The notes beneath the pieces are model-generated. The model saw only the letters and a list, made by a program, of their open reading frames with translations. It searched no databases and was not told the DNA's origin. From an archaeon (GTDB taxonomy: Archaea; Nanobdellota; Nanobdellia; Pacearchaeales; GW2011-AR1), in NCBI GenBank assembly GCA_018651605.1, contig JABIDS010000013.1, positions 717 through 64,716 of the forward strand: DNA of 64,000 nt. Reading direction: 5' to 3'. Of the stretch, positions 21,601 through 30,600 are shown in pieces; positions within the stretch are counted from its first letter, which is position 1, and every line of letters starts with the position of its first letter. Both the position numbers and the translations under genes were made by a program.

Positions 21601-21915
21601 TCTAAAAATGTTGAGAAACAATTGAAGAAAGTTTTTTTGGAAGTTTTAGGTCCGATGGGTGAGCAGGAGTTTGAAAGTTTGGAGGGAAAAGGGCAGTTGG
21701 GTCGGAAAGATTTGATGTGGTATATTGATTTTTTGGTTAAGAAAGGGGTTCTTGATAATATGAATGGTGAAGTTTTTAAAGGGGAGATTCTTAATGTATT
21801 TGGTGAAGATAAAAAAGAAGTTGATTCAGAATCTTTAAAGAAAGCAGGATTTATTGCAAGTCCTAAAAAAAAGATTAATGCAGTAGAATTTAAAAATAAA
21901 TTGATGAAAAAATAA
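18685..21915 (+). CDS. Membrane sensor histidine kinase with two extracellular Cache-type modules, HAMP, HisKA and HATPase
   Basis: YYQIRYLDENGKE...SPLDLNIE...PVIRYATPV; HFYFIEPDG...GIELGKT; SHELRSPMT, NNAVKF, DEGIGI, GTGLGL. Track start 18676. Confidence 0.92.
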   Translation: MELKKFLFAGILLGLFLINVNLVFAEEHLDKNFLSQKVLTELNFIEDDLIFLKELPDFNAFINGDLSRKKHLQDTFFSFSKNKQIYYQIRYLDENGKEIIRVDNIEDKTEIISEDKLQNKKGRYYFDDAFLLDDNDIFVSPLDLNIERGELENRGSEENPVYVPVIRYATPVFDSEKKKVGIIILNVYANYILDIFSENGVEHSNEKVYLVNNEGYFLFHSDSSKEFGFMFEKDITLNSEFGKEFNQVFETDEGVFSSGEKIYNYIKIFPSDLEIISSSGSPQSYAPSLSKVQGEDYFWVLIVESPVVKETIVFTTPILGIYILLGIIIILVIYFVFFRKKKEKKSISSGFLFGKLNRKIIFGFLIVALLFGIIAGIGSFYLEKVAEGDYVDAIYEFEQDFNDFKEGDIRTLSVGLEIAVQDEGLKKVYLEKDREKLYDYGQDLFNNLKEEYFVTHFYFIEPDGNCFVRLHNHEKFNDEIKRATFLNAKETKNIGAGIELGKTAFAMRVVKPYYDDEKLIGYIELGEEVDHFLEYMKKGKNNEFSIIVDKKFINKEDWASVRDVKGLENNWDNLENHVTISSTIENNVHCFNSDNVAKVLDGERVFGTFNSENGNFICGGFPLIDASGNEVGALFALIESSKKIGFITTVRYGLLSIIILFILAIIVLSFFIKSKIITPIAKLNNATLEIEKKNFKARVNIKTGDELQALGMSFNKTAQVLEGMDKEHKQLEKAKTEFLSITSHELRSPMTPMQAQLQMLMGEYYGKLNEKQKNSLDIVARNTKRLDNIIVDFLEISRIEAARLKFRFVKKDLTGSIKRLMKEMVGFMPEKKVKLFSKISKLPVIEVDPDRVMQALRNLMNNAVKFSKPGSKVVVSAKLKDNMMEFSVADEGIGIKPEDQKRIFEPFFQAEQTMYREHQGTGLGLAIIRGIVESQNGRVWLESEVGKGTTFYFTVPLKPVRKIKPIKLLFSESKNVEKQLKKVFLEVLGPMGEQEFESLEGKGQLGRKDLMWYIDFLVKKGVLDNMNGEVFKGEILNVFGEDKKEVDSESLKKAGFIASPKKKINAVEFKNKLMKK

Positions 21916-21928
21916 AAAGGAGGTAAAA

Positions 21929-22366
21929 ATGAAAGTAATAAATTTAATGTTTATGATGTTGGTTGTTGGGATGATGTTGATTGTTCCTGTAATGGCTGCG
22001 GAAGATGATGAGCATGATGAAGATAATGCTGTTGGAACTTTTGTGCATGTTTTGTCTTTGGTTTTGGCTATAGTGGTAGTTGTTTTTGCATTTATGGCTG
22101 CAGGAATGTTTGCAGAAAGTTTAGGTAATGCAATGAAGATGGTAGGGGTTGGTATGATTTTTTTGGCTATTAATAATGGTTTAGAAGAATTACATCATTT
22201 TGGAGTTAGTTTTCTTCCTGATGGAATAACACATTCTATAATGCATCATGGTTTTGGTGGAATTGGATATGTTTTATTGGCCTATGGATTTTATAAAGTG
22301 TATAGGGTAGCTAAAGGAGTATCTAGTGATTCAATCAATAAACCTGTACAAAAGGAGACTAAGTAA
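21929..22366 (+). CDS. His-rich multi-TM membrane protein
   Basis: Signal peptide plus 3 TM; EELHH and HSIMHH. Confidence 0.65.
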   Translation: MKVINLMFMMLVVGMMLIVPVMAAEDDEHDEDNAVGTFVHVLSLVLAIVVVVFAFMAAGMFAESLGNAMKMVGVGMIFLAINNGLEELHHFGVSFLPDGITHSIMHHGFGGIGYVLLAYGFYKVYRVAKGVSSDSINKPVQKETK

Positions 22367-22555
22367 ATGGTAAGAAATATAGTTACTGTTGGAACTTTAT
22401 TAGATAGTGGTCTGATAAAAAAAGAAACTAAAGTTAAAATTAGTGCGGATAATCTAATGGAGATAAATTTAATTAAACCTTTGATTAAAAAGAAAGTTGT
22501 AGAAATAACTGAGCTTGATGAAAAAGGTTGGATAAAGAAAAAAGGAGGTAAATGA
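22367..22555 (+). CDS. Small hypothetical protein
   Basis: Abuts both neighbours in the operon. Confidence 0.5.
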   Translation: MVRNIVTVGTLLDSGLIKKETKVKISADNLMEINLIKPLIKKKVVEITELDEKGWIKKKGGK

Positions 22556-22556
22556 A

Positions 22557-22982
22557 ATGAAATTAATAGTACAATTAAAAAAAGAGCACGTAGAAATTAT
22601 GCATGCATTTGAGTCTATAAAGTCTGGAGTTTCTGAGGGTAAATCTGGAGATGCGGATTTGATTAATGAGTTGAGGGAGTTGAAGAATATTCTTGTTGCA
22701 CATTTGGATTTGGAGGATAAGATGCTGTATCCTGGATTGAATAAATCAGGAGGTGAAGCTAAGGAGGTAGGTGAAAAGTTTTCAAAAGAGATGCTGGAAA
22801 TTTCAAAAGTTGCTTTAGCTTTTTTTGGAAAATATATGAGTGAAACTATTGGGGATTTATTAAGGAGTGCAGAGTTTAGAAAAGAATTGGATGGAGTTAT
22901 TCAAGCTGTGACTAAAAGAGTAGATGCCGAGGAAAACACATTGTTTCCTATATATGAAAAGTGTTGCGAGGTTGGGAAATGA
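22557..22982 (+). CDS. Hemerythrin-like (HHE) domain protein
   Basis: LKKEH, HLDLEDKMLYP, RVDAEENTLFP. Confidence 0.8.
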   Translation: MKLIVQLKKEHVEIMHAFESIKSGVSEGKSGDADLINELRELKNILVAHLDLEDKMLYPGLNKSGGEAKEVGEKFSKEMLEISKVALAFFGKYMSETIGDLLRSAEFRKELDGVIQAVTKRVDAEENTLFPIYEKCCEVGK

Positions 22983-24529
22983 AATTAGCAACAATATTAA
23001 TTATGTCGTTTATATTAATGGGTTTAATTGGGAGTCTTAGTGGAACTTATTATTTTTATTCTCAATCAGAAGCATTATTAGAAGAAAGAATTATAGAAGG
23101 TTTACAATCAACTGCAGCAGCACTTGAAAACTTTATTGATAAATTTTTAGAAGAACAAGAAGATAAAATTAGAATAGCTGCAACTCATGGAGACCTTACA
23201 AATGAAGAATTAAAGGAAATACGAGATTTACAAGAAGAATTTTATGAAGTTTTTGTTTTAGATTCTAAGGGGATTATAATTGTTTCTTCTGAGGAATCTC
23301 AGATTGGAAAAGATAAATCAAATGATGCTTATTTTATAAATGCAAGAGATAAAATATATATTAAACCTGCTTATTTATCTGAATCAACTAAGAAACAGTC
23401 TATTTCTGTTTCTACTCCTTTTCATGAAGGTGTTTTAGTTGCAAGAATTGAATTAGAAGCATTTGAAGAGATTATTTCTGATAAAACTGGTTTAGGTGAG
23501 ACTGGAGAGTCATTATTAGGTTATAATGATGAACATGGACAACCAGTATTTTTTACTGAATTAAGATTTGAAGAAGAAGAAGAAGAAGAAGATGGAAAAC
23601 ATATTGTTTTGCCAATTGAAGAAGCATTAGCTGGAAAAGAAGAAGTATTTTTGGATTCTCATGATTATCGCCATGTTAATGTAATTGCAGTAACAAGATA
23701 TATTGAAGCAATTGATGTTGGAATGGTTGTTAAATTTGATGATGCTGAAGCATTTGGTGTTGCAAGGGATCAATTGATGAAGACTAGTATTTATATAATT
23801 ATTGCAATTTTGATTTCTTTTTCAATTGTTGGATTTTTTATTGCTCGTTTTGTTTCAAAACCTATTGCAAAATTGACCTCAGATGTTGATGAAGTTACTA
23901 AGGGTAAATTGGATATTCAGTTATCTAAGAGTGGGATTTATGAAGTTCAGAAGTTGACTAACTCTTTGAATAGGATTTTAGCTTCGCTGAAGTTGGCGAT
24001 TTTGAAGACTGGTTCGGGTAAGGAAGAATTAGGTTTAGGAGAAATTGTTAAATCTAAGAAAGAGGCTGAGGAAAAATATAAGATATTGTATGAAAGTTCT
24101 AGGGATGCTATAATGATTTTAGAACCTCCTACTTGGAACTTTACTGCTGGAAATCCTGCTACTGTTAAGATGTTTGGTGCAAAGGATGAAAAAGAGTTTA
24201 TTTCTAAAACTCCTGGAGATTTATCTCCTAAGAAACAAATTGATGGGCAGTTGTCTTCTGTTAAGGCAAAGAAAATGATTGAGGGTGCAATGAAAAAAGG
24301 TTCAAATTCTTTTTATTGGACTCATAAAAAAATTGATGGAGAAGATTTTTTAGCCCAGGTTTTATTGACAAAGTTTAAATTGGATGGGAAAGATGTTTTG
24401 CAGGCTACGGTTAGGGATTTGTCTAAAAAGAAAGTTGTTAAAAATGTTGTTGTTCCAGTTAAGAAAATTGTTGATAAAAAAGTTTCTAATGTGATTAAGA
24501 AATTGCCTAAAAAAGGAGAGGGTAAATAA
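22979..24529 (+). CDS. Membrane sensor (Cache + HAMP + PAS) with no visible output domain
   Basis: TM, EVFVLDSKG, GLGETGE, DYR, TM, HAMP, then YESSRDAIM...NPATVKMFG...WTHKKIDG PAS; ATGA overlap at start. Confidence 0.8.
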   Translation: MKLATILIMSFILMGLIGSLSGTYYFYSQSEALLEERIIEGLQSTAAALENFIDKFLEEQEDKIRIAATHGDLTNEELKEIRDLQEEFYEVFVLDSKGIIIVSSEESQIGKDKSNDAYFINARDKIYIKPAYLSESTKKQSISVSTPFHEGVLVARIELEAFEEIISDKTGLGETGESLLGYNDEHGQPVFFTELRFEEEEEEEDGKHIVLPIEEALAGKEEVFLDSHDYRHVNVIAVTRYIEAIDVGMVVKFDDAEAFGVARDQLMKTSIYIIIAILISFSIVGFFIARFVSKPIAKLTSDVDEVTKGKLDIQLSKSGIYEVQKLTNSLNRILASLKLAILKTGSGKEELGLGEIVKSKKEAEEKYKILYESSRDAIMILEPPTWNFTAGNPATVKMFGAKDEKEFISKTPGDLSPKKQIDGQLSSVKAKKMIEGAMKKGSNSFYWTHKKIDGEDFLAQVLLTKFKLDGKDVLQATVRDLSKKKVVKNVVVPVKKIVDKKVSNVIKKLPKKGEGK

Positions 24530-24530
24530 A

Positions 24531-24932
24531 ATGGTATTTATGAAATGGAGTGATGAATTAGGTGTTAATGTTAAGGAGATTGATGAGCAACATAAAAAAT
24601 TGTTTGAAATTATTAATAGGGCTCATGAAGGGGCTATAAATAAAGATAAGAAAGAAGGTAATGATGTTTTGAATGAATTGATTGAGTTTGTTAGAGTGCA
24701 TTTTTCAACAGAGGAGAAGTATTTTGAAAAATGTAATTATTCTGGGGCTAAAGAGCATATTGCAGAGCATTTGAAATTGACTGAAAAGGTTTTGAAATTT
24801 AAGAATGATTTTGATAAGGGTGAGTGTGATTGTTCTGCTTTTTTGGATTTTTTGAAATCTTGGATAGAGGAACATTTGAAGGTAATGGATATGAAATATG
24901 TTTCTGAGTTTAAGAAATGTGGATTGAGATAG
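24531..24932 (+). CDS. Bacteriohemerythrin
   Basis: W...IDEQHKKL, HFSTEE, HIAEH, WIEEHLKVMD. Confidence 0.92.
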   Translation: MVFMKWSDELGVNVKEIDEQHKKLFEIINRAHEGAINKDKKEGNDVLNELIEFVRVHFSTEEKYFEKCNYSGAKEHIAEHLKLTEKVLKFKNDFDKGECDCSAFLDFLKSWIEEHLKVMDMKYVSEFKKCGLR

Positions 24933-24975
24933 ATTTAAATATTATTATTATTTCTTATAATGAGGTGAGAATTGT

Positions 24976-25983
24976 ATGGTAAAAAAGAAGGTGAAGAAGA
25001 AAAAGAAAGTTGTTGATAAAAAGGAAATTGTTTCTAAAAAGAAGGAGATTAAACAAAAACCTATTGAGAATAAGGAGGATTTGAAGAAATCAAAAATTTC
25101 TAAGGCAGATGGTTCTTCTAAAAAAACTATAGATGTTTCTGAGATTGCTAAGGAAATTAAAGCTGAACAGATTTCTGAACAGAGAAAGCCTCTTGAGAAT
25201 TTTGGAGATGATGGTAAGAAAGTTAAGAAGAAAATTTCTGGTAAATATATTTTGACAGGAGTTCCAGGGTTTGATGATTTGATGACTAAAGGAATTCCTA
25301 AGGGGAACGCTATGTTGGTTGCAGGTGGGGCTGGGAGTGGTAAAACTATTTTTTGTTTACAGACTTTAGTGAATAAGGCTAAGGAGGGTAAGAAATGTTT
25401 GTATATGAGTTTTGAAGAAAGGGAGAGTAGGTTGCTTTCTCATATGGAAGAATTTGGATGGAATCCTAAGGAGCTTATTGATAATGGTAATTTGAAAATT
25501 CAGAGAATAAATCCTTTTGATATTACTCGAAATGTTGATGCATTGTTGGCTAAACAAAAAGGAGAATTGTTAATTGATATTGATCCTGTGATTATTCCTA
25601 AAGACTTTAAACCTGATTTTATTGCTCTTGATTCTTTAACTGCAATAGCTTCGGCGTTTACTGGTAAAGAGGAGAATTATAGAATTTATATTGAACAGTT
25701 GTTTAGGTTTTTTGAAAAGATTGGGGCTACTTCATTGTTGATTACAGAGACTGAACAGATACCTAAGATATTTAGTAAAACTGGTGTTGAAGAATTTTTA
25801 GCTGATGGGGTTGTTGTTTTTTATAATTTGAAACATGGAAACGTTCGGGAGAATGCTATGGAGATTTTGAAGTTAAGGGGTGCTGCCCATCAGAAAAAGA
25901 TTGTTGCAATGCAAATTACTGGGCAAGGGATTGTTATTTATCCTGAACAAGAAGTATTTTCGGATATTTCAGAAGGAAGTTAA
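24976..25983 (+). CDS. Single-domain KaiC-family ATPase with Lys-rich N-terminus
   Basis: TGVPGFD, GGAGSGKT, SFEE, LDSLT, EEFLADGV, KLRG. Confidence 0.9.
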   Translation: MVKKKVKKKKKVVDKKEIVSKKKEIKQKPIENKEDLKKSKISKADGSSKKTIDVSEIAKEIKAEQISEQRKPLENFGDDGKKVKKKISGKYILTGVPGFDDLMTKGIPKGNAMLVAGGAGSGKTIFCLQTLVNKAKEGKKCLYMSFEERESRLLSHMEEFGWNPKELIDNGNLKIQRINPFDITRNVDALLAKQKGELLIDIDPVIIPKDFKPDFIALDSLTAIASAFTGKEENYRIYIEQLFRFFEKIGATSLLITETEQIPKIFSKTGVEEFLADGVVVFYNLKHGNVRENAMEILKLRGAAHQKKIVAMQITGQGIVIYPEQEVFSDISEGS

Positions 25984-25984
25984 A

Positions 25985-26500
25985 ATGAAAAATAAATTAG
26001 TATTTTTGTTGAAGCATGATGATTATTTTAATGGGGTAGTTAAACTTGCTGAAAAAAAAGGAAGTAAGATTTGTTATATAACTTTGAATAAAAGTTGCGA
26101 GTATTTGAATGAGAAATTGAATGTGAGTAATTTTAGTGAGGGTAAGTTTTATTTTATTGATGGTATTTCTCCTATAATAAAAAAGTCTGGGGAGGTTAAG
26201 GGTTGTGATTTTATTAATGTGTCTAAAGGGTTTGCTAGTTTAATGAATCATGTTAAAAAGGCATTGAAAAATGGATATAATACTGTTATCTTGGATTCTT
26301 TGTCAAATGTTTTGACATATTCTTCTTTGAAAAAGACTTGTTCTTTTGTTGATGTTCTTTTGGATGTTGTTAAAAAAAGTGGTGGGAGTTTGATTGTCTT
26401 TTGTAATAAGTCTGATGAAGGTAGGGTTGGAGACTCACTTTGTATTTCTAATTTTAAAGTTTACAAACAACCTTCTTTGCTTTTTGGTACTAGGGAGTAG
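25985..26500 (+). CDS. Degenerate KaiC/RecA-fold protein lacking Walker A
   Basis: CYITLNK, FIDGIS, ILDSLSNVL; ATG 1 nt after the kaiC stop. Confidence 0.6.
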   Translation: MKNKLVFLLKHDDYFNGVVKLAEKKGSKICYITLNKSCEYLNEKLNVSNFSEGKFYFIDGISPIIKKSGEVKGCDFINVSKGFASLMNHVKKALKNGYNTVILDSLSNVLTYSSLKKTCSFVDVLLDVVKKSGGSLIVFCNKSDEGRVGDSLCISNFKVYKQPSLLFGTRE

Positions 26501-26540
26501 ATTTTTATTTTTGGTTAATTGTTTTTGTATTTGGTGTTTT

Positions 26541-26692
26541 TAGTGTGTATTCAAAGAATCAAAAGATTCTTTGAATCATAACACTAGAAAATTTTTTAAA
26601 TTTTCTGTGCCACAAAATTCTTTGTAAATTTTGTTGGAAACAAGGGGCTTTTTCAAACCCCTCCTTTAGGGAGGGGTGCCCCATTGTTTTTC
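26541..26692. repeat. Composite intergenic hairpin cluster ending in a 55-bp element shared with 54180..54235
   Basis: attcaaagaatc-aaaa-gattctttgaat; agaaaattt/aaattttct-gtgcc; aaacaaggggc...cccctcc-tttag-ggagggg-tgccccattgttt. Confidence 0.85.
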
Positions 26693-26700
26693 TGATTTCT

Positions 26701-26746
26701 ATGGAAGTATATAGAAGTATAAAGAAGTGTATGGAAATATTTAAAA
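26701..26746 (+). promoter_or_regulatory. Four 10-bp direct repeats running into a TATA box; candidate operator
   Basis: atggaagtat atagaagtat aaagaagtgt atggaaatat ttaaaa. Confidence 0.6.
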
Positions 26747-26792
26747 AGGAAGATTGGTTTAAGTTGTTATTGAAAAAAAGAGATTATTGTAG

Positions 26793-26939
26793 ATGGGAAA
26801 ACGAAAAGTTACATTGAGTTTGGATGAAGATTTGTATAAGAAGTTTCAGGAGTTTTGTGAGGAAAATGATGTTATGCTTTCTAAGAGAATTGATAGATTG
26901 ATTACTAAACATTTGGAAGAGCAGGGGGTTAAGAAATGA
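26793..26939 (+). CDS. Ribbon-helix-helix DNA-binding protein, 48 aa (below ORF-track cutoff)
   Basis: MGKRKVTLSLDEDLYKKFQEFCEENDVMLSKRIDRLITKHLEEQGVKK; ATGA overlap with the next gene. Confidence 0.75.
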   Translation: MGKRKVTLSLDEDLYKKFQEFCEENDVMLSKRIDRLITKHLEEQGVKK

Positions 26940-27616
26940 GAGAGCCTTCTTTTTTTAGAAAAAAAAGAACCTTCGGGAAGAAAAAAACTATCTTTGTGTT
27001 TTTTGTTTTGATGTTTTTTATTGGGAGTGTTAGTGGGGCTGGAGATTTAAGTTGGGCTCCCAGTAATTTTAATGTTTACGAGTCATCTTCTTTAGTTTCT
27101 GATGCAGGAACTTTAGTTTGTTCGTTGAGTTTGACAGATACAGATAATCAAGTTATAGAATGTAGTGGTAGTGGAATGATTGCAGATAGTACTGATTATT
27201 GTTTAGAATATAATATAACCATGCTTGATGCAGATGAAAATAAATGGAAATGGACTGATGTGGAAGATTCGGCATTAGGTTATTTTAATATTATTGGAGT
27301 TATGGGGACTGGGAATATTTTTGGTAATGGGGCTAGTGTGAATGATTGTGAATTTATTTTATATGATGGAGAACATAAGAATACTCCTGATTGTAATCCA
27401 TTTATTCATTCTACTGCGACAGATACAATTCAATTTTATGTTAATGGGACGAATAATAAGGCAGAGATTAAACTTAAAACTACTGCTGGAGAACATGAAG
27501 GATTGAGGGTTTGTATTACTACTGGAACCGGAGTGACTAGTGATGATTCAGTTTATTTGTTTACTCATGAAAATAGGGGGGGATTGAGGAGCGTTCAAAT
27601 AATCTTAGTTTTATAA
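26936..27616 (+). CDS. N-terminal, signal-peptide-bearing part of a frameshifted giant surface protein
   Basis: Signal peptide; stops shortly after the G7 tract at 27576..27582; the -1 frame continues into 27634..34521. Confidence 0.7.
   Translation: MREPSFFRKKRTFGKKKTIFVFFVLMFFIGSVSGAGDLSWAPSNFNVYESSSLVSDAGTLVCSLSLTDTDNQVIECSGSGMIADSTDYCLEYNITMLDADENKWKWTDVEDSALGYFNIIGVMGTGNIFGNGASVNDCEFILYDGEHKNTPDCNPFIHSTATDTIQFYVNGTNNKAEIKLKTTAGEHEGLRVCITTGTGVTSDDSVYLFTHENRGGLRSVQIILVL
26943..26990. repeat. 48-bp palindromic element, copy 2 (in-frame)
   Basis: Identical to 10273..10320. Confidence 0.9.
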
Positions 27617-27633
27617 TTAATGCTGATCCTGTA

Positions 27634-30600
27634 ATGGATAACATAACTGTTTCGCATTCGGTTATTCAGGGCGGAGATACAATTACAATTTGGGCCAATA
27701 CTACTTCTCATGGTGTGAATGATAGTGATGCAGATACTTTGCAATTATTTTGTGATGATACTATTGCTCCTACTTTTGTAAATTCTGATTGTACTGGAGG
27801 GATTACTTCTGATGGTAGTTATCCTTATGCTTTAACTTGTACCTTTGTAGTTCCGAGTGATGATGTGGCTCATGTAGAGTATTGTAGGGTTTATGATGGT
27901 ATTGCTTATTCAAATGTTTCAAATGTGACCTATACTACTGATTCAACTTCTCCTTCATTATCGATTGTTAGTGTTGCAGGAGATAGTGTGGTTAGTTATT
28001 ATGATTCAGTGGATGATTCTGTTAGTGTGATTAATGTTTCTGGTGAGGAAAGTATGTCCTGTAGGTGGAGTTCAAGTGATTTGAGTTATAGTGCTATGAG
28101 TAATGCTTGTTCAACTAATGGGATTTATACTGCTTGTAATGTAAATGATGTTGTTAGTCAGGGATATACTACAAGATATGTTTCTTGTCAAGATAATTAT
28201 ACTAATGGGAATAATGCGACAAATAATTTGAATGTGAATTTTTATTTAGATTATACTGCTCCCACAACTTCGGATGATTCAAGTTCTACGATTATTGCTC
28301 CGAATTATGTTGTTACTTTAAATGAAGGTGATAATGTTGATTCAGATGTTATTACATTATATTGTACTGATACTACGAATACTTGTGCACCTAGTTTAAG
28401 TATTGATGATGGTGGGACTGTAACTTTTACTTCTGCTAATCGTGGAGTTAATTATTTGAGGTATAATTCAACAGATGATGCGGGCAATCAACAAATTACT
28501 GTAAGTAAAACAATTAATATTAATGAGTTGCCTGTTTTTAGTAGTGCTAGTGATGATGCTGTGATTATTGCTGGTGAGGCGGAGGTTAATGTTTCGACGA
28601 TTAGTTCTGATTCTGATGGTTCTCAAACTTTGACATTATGGGTTTGTGATTCAACTTCGGTTACTTCTTCTGGTTGTGGTGGAGGGCATTATTGTAATAC
28701 TAGTGTTTCTAGTGGGGTAAATTTATCTTGTAATTTTTCTTCCGAGTCAGATTCTGCTTTGCATAATTGGTATGCATTTATTTATGATGCTTTGGGAGAG
28801 ATAGCTGTTGCGAATTTTTCTGGAAGTTATACTACTGATTCAGATGGACCTGAAATTACAATTGTTAATCCTGCGAATGATACATTTACTAATGATGATA
28901 TTACTGCTCAAATTGTTTTGAATGAGGGAGGGAGTTTAGCTTGGTATGAGTTGGATGGCAATGGGACTAATGTTACGATGTCTAATTCTTCTACAACTTC
29001 TTGGAATATTAATATTTATAATTTGAGTTTGGGGAATCATAATTTGACTTTTTGGGCGAATGATAGTTATGGGAATGTTGGTGTTAGTGCTATGAGGTAT
29101 TTTGAGATTGCTTTGCCATTAGATACAACTCCTCCTGCGATTACAATTTTGAGTCCTGTAAATGGAAGTTATCAAACTGCTTCTGGAGTTTATATTAATA
29201 TTAGTGCTGATGAGGTTTTGAAAGGAGCTTGGTATGAATTGAATTATAATGGGACAAAGATTGGATTGAGTAATTATACTTCTAGTAATTGGTATGTTGA
29301 TATTAGTTTAAGTGAAGAGAGTGAATATAATTTAACGATTTGGGCGAATGATAGTTCAGATAATGAGAATACTAAGAATATTAGTTTTTATGTTGATTCT
29401 TTGGCTCCTCGTTATAGTTCTGTTAGTGCTTTGCCTTCTATTGCGAATGTTTCTCAGGATGTGAATTGTTCGATTAATTGGATTGATGGTTTTAATTTGA
29501 GTAGTGTTAAGATTAGTGAGAATTCTTCTGGGACTTTTGAAAATCATACTATTGGTTCTTTAGAATTAGGTGGGAGTGCGAGTTATAATATTGTTGGAAA
29601 TAAATTGAATGGTGTTGGAAGTTATGAATGTAGGTTTTATGCTGTTGATAGTGCAGGTAATTTTAATTCTACTTCTGTGAGTTTTAGTGTTAATGATGTT
29701 ACTGTTCCAGTAATTACTGTTACAAGTCCGAGTAATGCAACTTATAATCAGAATTATTTAGATGTTTCTTTAATTGTTTCTGAGAATTCTTCGTGGGCTG
29801 GTTATAGTTTGAATGGTGCTTCGAATGTTACTATGGAGAATACTTCTATGACTAATTGGAATAGGACTTTAACTGGATTGAGTAATGGAGGATATAATAT
29901 TATATTTTATGCAAATGATAGTTCTGGGAATATGGCTAATTCTTCATTGATTCATTTTGCGATTAATACTGGTGCTGCTGATACAACTGCTCCTGTTATA
30001 ACTATTGATACAATTTCAAATGCTTCTTATAAAACTGCTACAAGTGTTGTGGTAAATGTAACTACAAATGAAAATGCAGATTGGGTTGGTTATAAATTGA
30101 ATTCTGGAAGTTTGACTGATATGTCTAATTTAACTTCTGCTATTAAATGGAATGTTACATTGACTGGTTTGGTTGTTGAGAGCTCTAATGATTTAGAGGT
30201 TTATGCAAATGATAGTGCAGATAATGATGGTAGTAAAAATATTACTTTTTATGTAGATAGTGTTGCTCCTAGGATTACGAATATTAGCGCTTCTCCTTCT
30301 CCTGCTAATGAAAGTCAGAATGTTGTTTGTAATGCTTATGTTAATGATACTTTTAGTTTGAGTTCTGTGAAGATTGAAGAGAATGCTTCTAATTCTGGAA
30401 CTTTTGAAAATCATACTTTGGATTTGAGTGCTTCTGGTTGGATGAACTATACTATTTTGAATGTTGAAAAAGGAGCTAATTATACTTGTAGATTTTATGC
30501 AATCGATGCTGCAGGGAATGTGAATAATAGTGAGTTGATTACTTTTGTTGTTAATGATGTGACTGCTCCTGTGATTACAATTAATTCTCCTTTGAATCAG

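Noticed and set aside
24976..25983. Circadian clock
   Set aside because: Single-domain KaiC with no KaiA or KaiB.
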